A stretch of DNA of 64,000 nt, taken from the NCBI GenBank assembly GCA_951406725.2, contig OX597814.1:178436001-178500000 (forward strand). Reading direction: 5' to 3'. The notes beneath the pieces were generated by a model. The model was not told the origin of the DNA and did not search any database. It saw only the letters and a list, made by a program, of their open reading frames with translations. Position 1 is the stretch's first letter. The number at the start of each line of letters is the position of its first letter. This document shows, piece after piece, positions 52,948-64,000 of the stretch. The position numbers and the translations under genes were made by a program. The DNA comes from Octopus vulgaris. Its lineage: Eukaryota.

Positions 52948-54559
52948 GATTTCTCTGCATTGTGAGGTCTAGTTGTGTTTCATCAGATGATATATAAATC
53001 TTTTTGTGTTTCATAAGCTTATATTTTCGGCTTCAACCGCATCGTTTCTGTTTGTCGTGGCTTTGCGAGGTATTAGTTATTACCCAGTATATGAACATGT
53101 GTGTTGTGGTTGAAAGTCTGTTGTTAGATCTACTTTAAATGTGCAGATGGCGTGGGAAGGTAGCTAAGCTATGGATGGTCATTATTCAGGTTCATATTAA
53201 AGGGAGTGCCAGTCTTTCTTTGTACTGCTAACTCATTCTCCATGGTTGGTTACACTTGTAATTGCCATTGGCTGACTTTCAGGAAATCACTGGTCATTGA
53301 GTTGACCAACTTCCATGTACATATACATCGTTCTATATCGATATACATACATCCACACGCGTATGCACGCATACATGCTCTCATATATACATACAGGCAT
53401 ACATACTTGAATATACACCCTTACGAGGGCGTATATAAACCGACAAGACGAGTTGAGTTTAACTCTAGGTGCCGGGTGAGAGTTACTGACGAGCATTAAT
53501 CACTAGTTACCTGACTATGCGCGGAAGTTGTAGCAAGCTTGCCTGCCTTGTCAGTCATTAAGGTAAATGTTTTCAAGTGGCTATGAATTGCTTTAACTCT
53601 TATTTCTAGCAATACTGGTGATGACTAGTGCCCTAAGTCACTTTAGTGACGTATATGTGTGTGTGTGTTTTGGGGGGGACGCTTGTGTGTTTCATGAAAA
53701 CATAAGCAACATACTGGCCAACTTTCCGTCCCACATATATACATTAGACTTCATCGAGAGAGATAACAACGTGGTTATTTATATAAAATGAAATTACGTA
53801 ACATGATGGAAATCTTAATTGTGGAGAGAAATGTGTAATGCAAGTACGGGAACAGTACAAATTCTTTTACAGAAATTGATAGGAGCAAACATCCTCAATA
53901 ACGTAATAAAGCATTAGGTATTCAATTACTGTAGACATATTGATCCGGTTTTCTCAACTGACAACAACTTTTAAATAATGTAAGATGAAAATGGTTACAA
54001 ATCTCAAGTAGTACGAAGAGAAGTATTGAGAGACCATCAAGAATTTATGTAGATAAGTGGGGGTTGGAAGCAGTGATGGGTAAGTCAAATAAGACTAACG
54101 AAGTCATCTCATGTGAAATATGCATCCGGAGACTGTCGGGCCTGGGAAACATTCCCATTCTGCTGCATATTTTTCATTCAAAATTATAGCTATTGAGGCA
54201 AAAATGTAGCCTTCCTTTGAATCCGCTTTTTTACTTTGAGAGAATTTTATAGAACCCATTATATTGCTTAGCACACACACGCATACTCCCACTCACACAT
54301 TCTCTCTCTCACACGCATACAAACACACGTACCCACTCACTCACGCGCTTACATATGTAACGAATGCAGTAGTGATTAGTATTGGTAACAGGTTAGTGAA
54401 AACCCCGTATGACAGTAAGATATGCACCAAATGAATTGACAGAAAAAAAGAATAACTTCTTATAGTTTTATGTATCCATCACAGTTTGTCTTGTAGCAAC
54501 CGGCTCTTTCTCGGTGGTAAAGGGATGATAATGACCACAAGGCACACGCAACTTTGAAA

Positions 54560-54814
54560 ATAATATTTGCGCTAGATGTATGGTCTATGAAATGATAGAC
54601 GTGCAACATCTAAGGGCAAAAAACGAACTGTCTAAAGAAAACCTAGAGTTCGAATTTATTAATGTTCGAAAGCTGAAAGTCGATCGGGGAACAAACATTT
54701 TTTTTTTCTGCAAAAAGTGAATAACATAATGCGATTCAACGTGAAAAATTACATCAAGATAACAAATTTGGAAATTTTCACTTGATTTTGAAATTTCAAA
54801 CACTGTATCCTTAA
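54560..54814. mobile_element. Possible non-autonomous DNA transposon end
   Basis: Terminates CACTGTATCC|TTAA (TTAA-type end); the opposite end was not found. Confidence 0.3.
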
Positions 54815-54829
54815 CATAGCAACAGAAAA

Positions 54830-55800
54830 GATCCGAAATTTCCGAAATCGGTTGATTTGAAAACAGTCACTAACTATCGATTCCAACCATATATTTTCGC
54901 CTGATCCAAATTTGTAGAGGTACCACGGAAGCTATATAGTTACTGATTCATTCTACATTGTATCACATGAAGAGAAGAACTGTACCGCTTATGAATCTTG
55001 TTCCCCGACTCTACCAATGACAGGCGAAAACACATTTGGTTTAGTGCTATTCTCACCGCTAGCGTATCAATCGCTGTTATGACTTTCCAAAGCATCCCTT
55101 CTAATTGGCCTGCTCTCTTACTGTTTCTAAACTATTTCTTCAATACTGCTTCTTTCTCATGTAAATAACTTGTTTGTTTACTGTATGCTTTAGTTGACAG
55201 GAACGAAACTTTCAGCTTGCAGCAGTCAAATCCCTCTCTATGTAACCTAATCCACGAAGCGAATCTCGGATTCGTGTAGATAACCGTAAAGCTTGTGGGC
55301 ACCCTACATTATCATTGTTTACTGAGTCACAGATATCGTATCTAGATATGCTTTGGATGGCTCGATACATTTCTTTCGTGCTCAGACTGACACCCTCGAG
55401 TAATCCAGTCAATACTTTGCAGATGGTTGGAACTATCTGAGCTAACGTGCATTGTTTAACACCTTCCCCTATCATCTGCCTATACGAAATCTCAGCGTGC
55501 ATCATAAATGACAATCCAATTTCTGAAAAACACTAAAGACCAAGTTTTTCATCAAAATTCGTCTAGACCATAAAAGCTAGTTATCCTGCCTCTTTTGTGT
55601 CTTAAACGCCCACAGGTCTCAAGATTAAATCACTCTTGTCACTCATGTCCAGTTCCAACGCCTTACCTTCTGAATCCAGGAAGATAGTCCGTACTTCGAG
55701 AGCCAAGGCTTTCTAAAACCACACTGCCACTCTTCCTCCTTGATGATCAACAAAACTTTCTAAGGGGACATAATATAACTTTGTGAGTGCGAAATGGTTG
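54830..55800 (-). pseudogene. Possible decayed LINE RT (RTE-like)
   Basis: Minus-strand fragments EMYRAIQS, YSFRGTSTNLDQ (Q.GFR..RST.DQ) and DFGKF (D..KAFD) occur in RT order. Confidence 0.35.
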
Positions 55801-56200
55801 TTGAAACTGGAGAGCAGGAGACAAAATGCTTTTTCCAAAGTAACATTATTTTACACGGTGTACTTTTCAATCCCATGTTGACTGCTACGCTTTTGATCAT
55901 TGTAGAGTCAACAAACTAAGGTCCACCCATAAAACAACTGAAAATCCTATAGACAATGCTCTCCACCCTAGTGTTTGTCATATATCTCAATTTAGAGGCT
56001 GATAAAATACGACTTCCTTATTTAGGATATCAATTTTTCTTATCCAGGAGAGTGAGGGTGTCTATGAGCTGTATCAAAATTAATGGACAGACGAAAGGAA
56101 AGGACGAAATTGTCTGCAGAATAGAAATCTAACGCGAATTCCGAAAAGAGAACGAGACGGAAGGGATATGGCCATCTTAACCCGGACGACAGTTGACGTT

Positions 56201-56267
<67 letters not shown>

Positions 56268-57080
56268 GGAAACAACTCTCCACAGACTTTGAAACCGTTT
56301 CTATTTACTATACTATATTTGATTAATAAAAAATTGATTGAACCGACGCTTAATAAAAATTTGATTGATCCGAAGGCAGTTGGAATCGAAACCAACGATA
56401 TGTCATCACGAAGTGACACCTTAACTATACATCCCTGTCAATTTTATATATTAAGCAGTCAGGAACTCGTTGATTTATTACGTAGCATTCTGTAAACAAA
56501 GTTTGTTATGAATACGTGAGATGCGTTAAACATCATATATGCAAGAGTATACGGATTCTATAGAATGAATCGTGCATATTTAATTTTAGGAATCACTACA
56601 AAAGTTCTTCGTATTTCATTAAGACTATAGAATATTACTGAAACATGATCCTTATGAGACAGAACAAGATCAGAGGTAAATATTCTAAACGGACATTCAA
56701 CAGAATTAAATATAAAGTATCGGCTTCGCTAAATGCAATTTAGCTGAAATTTAATATTGAAAAGTTTGTAAAAATTGTGAGAAACTATATTCCCAAAAGT
56801 ACTGGCACATGATTAAACTTGTTACCTTTCAATTTATTTACGTAAGTAATGAAACATTTCGAAATCTTTGAATACATCTATCTACTTCCAGCATTATTTG
56901 AACTTATATCTGTAAGTGTATTGTAACACTTGTGCTTCATTAATTTCAGCGCTTCTACTTCCTCTGAACCTAATTATCATATTGATTCATGTAAAATATT
57001 TAGACAGAGATAACATTCTGTATACACGTACAAGGAATCACATTGATATACATGATACAAGCATGCATATGTTTGCCTGC

Positions 57081-57168
<88 letters not shown>

Positions 57169-57260
57169 TTGTATGTATATTTGAATGTTTGTATAAAAGT
57201 ACATACAGTAACAAACACATATGTGATTCCCAATTTTCTCACACTATATATATATATATA

Positions 57261-57419
57261 GGCGTAGGAGTGGCTGTGTGGTAAGTAGCTTGCTTACCAA
57301 CCACATGGTTCCGGGTTCAGTCCCACAACGTGGCACCTTGGGCAAGTGTCTACTATAGCCTCGGGCCGACCAAAGCCTTGTGAGTGGATTTGATAGACGG
57401 AAACTGAAAGAAGCCCGTC

Positions 57420-57483
<64 letters not shown>

Positions 57484-57697
57484 GTGTGTGTCTGTGTTTG
57501 TCCCTCCGACATCGCCTGACAACCTATATGGTATGTTTACGTCCCCGTAACTTAGCGGTTCGGCAAAAGAGACCGATAGAATAAGTACTAGGCTTACAAC
57601 GAATAAGTCCTGGGGTCGATTTGCTCGACTAAAGGCGGTGCTCCAGCATGGGCACAGTCAAATGACTGAAACAAATAAAAGAGTAAAAGAGTAAAGA

Positions 57698-57698
<1 letters not shown>
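57261..57698 (+). mobile_element. Full-length family-C (CORE/OR-like) SINE
   Basis: tRNA-like head GGCGTAGGAGTGGCTGTGTGGTAAG...GGTTCAGTCCC, CORE-like ACCTTGGGCAAGT, internal (TA)n, (TAAAAGAG)n tail. Confidence 0.92.
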
Positions 57699-57754
<56 letters not shown>

Positions 57755-58003
57755 TGTGTGTGTGATTGCGCGCGCGTGCATCTGTGTAATATATGTTCTA
57801 ATTTAAAGTATATTTGCATGCATTGCAGAGGTCATGCCCATCTACTGGAAAATATGATCTGGTTTCTGCTTGAGATTGGATAAATTTCATTTCATTCAAC
57901 ACCCCCTCATATCTTGTGGAAATATAAGACGCCATGATCATGATTTATTTAGCTTCTTCATGAATCCTTACCTTTCAGACGAAGTAAACAGGTAAACACC
58001 GAG

Positions 58004-58345
58004 GATCTTTTCGGTTTGAACGGCAGTTTTTTCTAGCGGTGTCATATGAAATTGTCACCCACAATTATGACCCTAGTATCGATCTATTGCATTTCAATCT
58101 GTTTTAGCGTTAGTTAGGATTAGTTAGGATTAGGGTTAGAGGTGGGGGGATGGGTATCTTTTTTCTTCAGAAATGTACATAAACCCAATCTGTTTCTTAA
58201 ATGAGGGACATATTCATACGGCACGTAATGTTTTCACCTCAATAAACGTCATTGATTGGTTGAAATTGCAGAAATTGTAAAAAAAAAAACAAAAAACAAA
58301 TATCTTACAAACCATAGAATTTTCTAACACCAAAAAAAAGATCTA
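58004..58345. repeat. Interspersed-repeat-like segment with an internal telomere-like TTAGG(G/A) array
   Basis: Starts GATCTTTTCGG and ends AAAAGATC (possible minimal inverted ends); TTAGCG/TTAG/TTAGGA/TTAGGG run at 58104-58143. Confidence 0.4.
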
Positions 58346-59266
58346 ACACCAAAATATTTTTGCAGTGTGTTGCCAAGGGATTCGATAGTAAGGCTCAAGA
58401 TCATAATTACGTAAATCCAATTCTTGGACCGGGCAGCGCATTTCATATTTTGAACAGCGCACTATGTTTCTCATTGCGTCGGTAAACACTTTACAAAACA
58501 AAAACGTTGTAACCCAGTGCTGGTGGTGGCCCGTTAAGGAAAGAAGAGCCATATGTAATTCTATGATTGCTCACGATTACATAAAGCACCTTAAGTAATT
58601 AAAGAAAACAGTGAACCTCTTACAAGTTACACTCACTTGCGAGGTACATCTTTGTTCTACTGTCACAAATACACTTGCTTGCATAACAGCTAAGAGTAAG
58701 TTATTTTCATAACAATATTATTTTATATTCCTTTCAGTACCGTACTTTCCTGTATATAAGTAGACATAGTATATCTTGTAAACCTGTAGTATAAGCATTC
58801 AAACATTGTTAGTAGCTGTCGAAATCTTAGTACATTTCACGTGAAAGTATTGGTTCTTCATAGGCGTCTTAGTGCACAAGTCCGCCTACCATTTTGAGCT
58901 GTAGATCTTAGTCTGAAAGATTCGAATTGTATATCGCAAAGATATGGTAAATACAAGGCCATAATCTTTCAGAAAGTTTGTATAGACCAAAGGAACCTAA
59001 ACTATATAAACAAATTATATAAAACTAATTACAAAAGATGTTGACCAACCTTACGATTAAATTTGAAACCGCTCGATATGTAACTTTAGATTGAGTGATT
59101 CATACTACAATTCTGTTGAATACATGGCATTTTGTTTTCTTTTTAACAGCGTTTATGGATCAAGCCAGGGAAGGAGAGAGAAAGAGATTGTGAGAAAGAG
59201 AAATAAGTGTAAAAGTGCATGTGTATGCTTGGTTCTGGAATACGACTTTTGTAAGAGGCAGAATGT

Positions 59267-59405
59267 ACGTATGTGTGTATGTATGTATGATTGTATGTAT
59301 GTATGTATGTATGTATGTATGTATGTATGTATGTATGTATGTATGTATGTATGTATGTATGTGTGCATGTTTGTATGTACGTATGTATGTATGTACGTAT
59401 GTATG
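59267..59405. repeat. (TATG)n microsatellite
   Basis: Direct reading. Confidence 0.95.
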
Positions 59406-60392
59406 AGTTTCTGTGGTGGAGAACGTGATGGTTGAGTGTTGTAAGCAACAGTGAATGTGTGTGCGAGTGCGTATGTCTGTGTGTGTGTGTGTGCGTGTGC
59501 GAGAGTGAGAGAGAAAGAGAGAGGAAAAGAGAGATAGTGAGTGAAAGAGTTTGAGCACGAATACATGCGTGAGAATCTGTGTGCTTGTGTGTGTATATAG
59601 TACGTCTGTGAGCCGTCTATATGAAGCACGTACAATGTGCTCATATAAATTGTAAAATCTAAGTGCACATACATTCATTTACATAGTTGCCTTTATCATG
59701 TATATTAGCAGAAATGATTCCCCAGCAAGTGGTCTTAGCGATAGACGTCTGCACATTCATCATACCATAACGCCTCTCTCTCCAGTCTGTCTAATACACT
59801 GTCATTAAAATCAACCGTGATAGTAATCTTGTCATTTCTTTACATTGAACTTACAGTACTATTGAAATCTCCATAAATCTGCTCTTTTATCTGTTCATTA
59901 GCAGTTATAGTCCGTTAGTAGGCTTTGGTGATGGCTGTTGGACACACTGATGGAGCATTGTGGAAATGAAGAGAAAAGAAGAGAAAGAGGGAAAGAGAGG
60001 ATCATTATAGGGGTGTAAATAATGATGAGAGAGAGAGAGAGAGAGAGGAGAGAGAATGTGAAGAAATTGATAAGGATAAGTTTACTACCTTAAGTAAGAA
60101 GAGAAGAATAGTGCGTATTTGCGTATGTGTATATGGGTTTAAGAGAGATAGAGAGAGAGGGAGGGAGAGAAAGAGAGAGGGAGGGAAAGAGAGAGAGGGA
60201 GAGAAAGAGAGAGAGGGAGAGAAAGATAGAGAGGGAGAGAAAGATAGAGAGGGAGAGAGTATGACTAGTAAAGTTATCTATAAGCATATATGCATGTGTA
60301 GGTGTGTATATATAGAGAGAGGTAATATGGGAAAGAAAGAAAGAAGGAAGGAAAGAAAGAAAGAAAGAAGGAAAGAATGTAAGAAAGAAGGA

Positions 60393-60423
<31 letters not shown>

Positions 60424-60807
60424 GAAGATGTGAAGGTCGAGAAAGAGGGACAAACTAGCAAAGATACTGTCAATGAAATAGAGAATAAAAATAATGGAAG
60501 ACAATAATGTTAGTGGAATATCAGCGCGGGATAAAGAAATTAAGATGAAATTAAATAGGGAGTAACAAATGAACGTGAAGAAAATAAAGAAAAAGGGATA
60601 CAAAGATTGGATGAAATAAAATAATGTATGCGTGTAAGGGAGTGGAAGAGAAACAGTTAAAGAGAGGGTAATAGAGAGAGAGAGAGAGAGGCAATGCTGA
60701 AAGAGAAGGAACCAACTGATTAAAGCAATATTTTAGGTAAGTTGTGAGAGGATGAAAGAGTGAGAAAAGTGAACATAGGTCAATATAGGCGCAGGAGTTG
60801 CCATATA

Positions 60808-61216
60808 GGCGCAGGAGTGGCTGTGTGGTGAGTAGCTTGCTAACCAACCACATGGTTCCGGGTTCAGTCCCACGCCATGGCACTTTGGGCAAGTGTCTTC
60901 TGCTATAGCCCCGAGCCGACCAATGCCTTGTGAGTGGATTTGGTAGACGGAAACTGAAAGAAGCCTGTCGTATATATGTATATATATATAAGTGTGTGTG
61001 TATATGTTTGTGTGTCTGTTTTTGTCCCCCTAGCATTGCTTGACAACCGATGCTGGTGTGTTTACGTCCCCGTCACTTAGCGGTTCGGCAAAAGAGACCG
61101 ATAGAATAAGTACTGGGCTTACAAAGAATAAGTCCCGGGGTCGATTTGCTCGACTAAAGGCGGTGCTCCAGCATGGCCGCAGCCAAATGACTGAAACAAG
61201 TAAAAGAGTAAAAGAG
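60808..61216 (+). mobile_element. Full-length family-C (CORE/OR-like) SINE
   Basis: Same structure as 57261-57698. Confidence 0.92.
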
Positions 61217-62448
61217 TATAGAGATATAGGGAAGTATAAATAAAAAAAGCCATGGGGTAATATTAAGGGTTGCTGTCATATCAAAAAAATTCATATTAAA
61301 ATTTAACGATTAAGGGACGAGAATTTTTGCTTTTAAATGTAATTACGTATTTTGTTGCCATTTTGTTATAATTGGTTTATTTTTTCCCCCAATGTCCTTT
61401 ACACCGAAGCAGAATGTATAACTAACATTTTATTACATGGCCAACTAGTCGATTTCGATATTATTCGATTGTTGCAACTAAGAAGAAATTCGTTTTGTAT
61501 GTTGAAAAAAAAAACGGGCGAGTAAATTTATAATGGATACTGTGTTCAATGTGGTTAAAAAAAAAGTGGGGGAGTAAATTTGTAATGGATACGTTGCTGA
61601 ATGTGGTCATAGTTAATACTGAAATCTTTATTCAATCACCAGTTTGCTCAAAGAGGGCTGATTTGGAATTACAAAAATAACGAAATATCACAATTTTTAC
61701 TTTCATTCTTCATACTTATTTCCGGGTTCAAATCCAAGAGAATGAGCATTATAACTCATGCTGCACTATTTAACTCAAATTGGATAAAATCTATTCCAGA
61801 CGTAAATATACTGTGGTTAACTAACAATCCATCATTTAATTGCTCCTCTGTCCTACAAAATATAATAAATAAGTAAAATAATCAAATAACAAAACAAAAT
61901 AAGAAAAAGAAAGAGAAGTCGTTATTTCACCGGACAAGAGAATGAAACATAATGTTATAAGTCAATGATGAAATTTCGAATTCCAGATCTTTTGAAATTT
62001 TTCTCAATATATTCCGAAGTTCTTTAGAATGTTGACCTTTTATGACAAAGAAATATCTTTACATGTATGAATAGTCACTGTAATCTACACTGCTCTGGTT
62101 CTATTACATTGTCGGCATAGCTACCAGATATTCTGTTAAAAGCTCACTACATACGTTGATGTAAGCAATTGACTTTATCTATTGTACCGGTCAGAGGCAG
62201 ATTGTTAACTGTAGAAATGTCAATGGCCCTGAATAATAGGGTACTGTGTAGGCTATTGCATAATTACTGGTAGTAGCAAATGTTAATTTCAATCCAATCC
62301 TCCATTCAATTGCAATTAATTCAAAGTAAAATTGCAATTCTTTTATACCAGAGAATGATGGAGACTTTGCAGGCGAGCCGCATGATTATTATTGTCACAC
62401 ACACACACACACACAGAAAGACATGCACTTACACACACATATATACAT

Positions 62449-62533
<85 letters not shown>

Positions 62534-62774
62534 TACTATAAGAGGCTTCCAAATAGGAAAAGCCTTGTGCTAGAAAGAGCAGTAGAAAACTCAAAACCAA
62601 CCAAATAAGGATAAATTCTCGAAAGGAATGAAAATTAAAAACGTTTACCATCTCAATTATTTCCCAGACCATGGAAGCCTCTTATTGTATCTCTATGTGA
62701 ATAATATATAGTCTAATGACTAATTCGTTTTTGTGCTAGGCCACTGGTTATAATAATTTCTTATAACCCTATTG

Positions 62775-62825
<51 letters not shown>

Positions 62826-63178
62826 TACATACACATATATATATATATATATATACATGTATATATATACACATACACACATGCTCTCTCTCTCACTTTC
62901 TCCTCATCCCTCACCCTCTTGTTCTGTCTTATATTCCTCCCCACCATTACAAACTCAATACCACTATAAAATGGTCAAAACTTTTCACACAGGAACTTAG
63001 TTTGATTTGAAAACCCCACTAGAATGGGAGAAAGCGCTAATACTTGATCTAAGTTATATGATGTATAAAAAATGTAATATACAAATAAATATCTGTAAAT
63101 ATAAACCATCCGATTTTCTGAGTACCTCATTTCTTCTAATATAAAATACCTGTACATCATCTCCAAACCTTCCAATAC

Positions 63179-63238
<60 letters not shown>

Positions 63239-63246
<8 letters not shown>

Positions 63247-63306
63247 TATATACAGATATATTTATATATATATATATATATAAATATATCTGTATATATA
63301 CTATAT
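63239..63306. repeat. Perfect 68-bp AT-rich palindrome
   Basis: ATATAGTATATATACAGATATATTTA-(TA)8-TAAATATATCTGTATATATACTATAT. Confidence 0.9.
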
Positions 63307-64000
63307 GTATATATTATATATATATATTATATTATATTATATATATATAATGCATATGTGTATATACATACATGTATATTACGAATGTGTATATGTATGT
63401 ATTTATATATGTATGTATGCCAGAAAAGTTAAATACCCTATGCATACGTCCCCTTCCCATCGTACATATTGCAATTAAAGTGTTGACATAATACAATTGA
63501 TTATGCAAAACGGGAGTGAAGCAGTAAATTGGAGATAAACAACATATCACCCAAAACTTTAAACTATGAAGTCTGTGATGTACTTTAAACTTATCTTTAT
63601 TACGAAAATCATCTTATTTTCTGGATGCTAACTTATTTTCATTTACCGCATGGTGAAGTACATGTTGAATTTTTAGGTTTATCAGAAGATTGTCAAAGAT
63701 TGCATATATTCATGCCACATTTGGAAAGGTCAAATAGCAGCGTGTATATAAGAGAAAATTGGAGTATTTGGAACCTTTATTTAAAGTTCAGAATAGCATA
63801 TTTTATATATTCGATGTTTTGTTAAAAATTGCAAATGCACCTACTAAAGGACTTAAAAGACGTAAAAAATATGTTATCTTTATAATAACCTGCGCGCCTC
63901 TGTGTGTGTGTGTATTCATTTATGCTTGTAGATTTATATGAAGCTACATTTATGAATATGCATGTTTTCTATATATCTATGCATACATTTGCATTTGAGT

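Noticed and set aside
57261-57335. tRNA-like sequences at SINE heads (also 320-394, 60808-60880)
   Set aside because: They continue into SINE bodies and lack a complete cloverleaf, so they were not called tRNA genes.
60551-61036. Recurrent ORFs containing RQASFSFRLPNPLTR...PGTMWLVSKLL (also 42726, 57244, 23642)
   Set aside because: Antisense translation of family-C SINEs, not a gene family.

Overview
AT-rich animal genomic DNA, intergenic or deep intronic, saturated with microsatellites. The SINE repertoire and (TA)n/(AAT)n density suggest Octopus or a related coleoid cephalopod (inference from remembered repeat consensus, not a database search). I find no credible host protein-coding gene; nearly all ORF-track entries are microsatellite or SINE translations. 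Transposon content: (1) at least four SINE-type families, including a CORE/OR-like, a Meta/MESC-like and a V-like family, some with clear target-site duplications (TSDs); (2) a 5'-truncated R4/Dong-clade non-LTR element with an uninterrupted 371-aa RT-thumb/CCHC/RLE-endonuclease ORF inside (TAA)n, plus older decayed relatives; (3) two Penelope-like GIY-YIG remnants; (4) Tc1/mariner, hAT and Helitron relics and MITEs. The strongest leads are five copies of a minimal type-I hammerhead-ribozyme motif with compensatory stem changes, on short non-coding units that end in TA-rich sequence (Penelope pseudo-LTR or retrozyme-like), and a ~550-bp non-coding element always in the same polarity within (AAT)n (candidate Dong-dependent element). 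Also noted: a perfect 17-bp-stem miRNA-like hairpin, a ~640-bp foldback element and a perfect 68-bp AT-rich palindrome. Boundaries of decayed elements are approximate.
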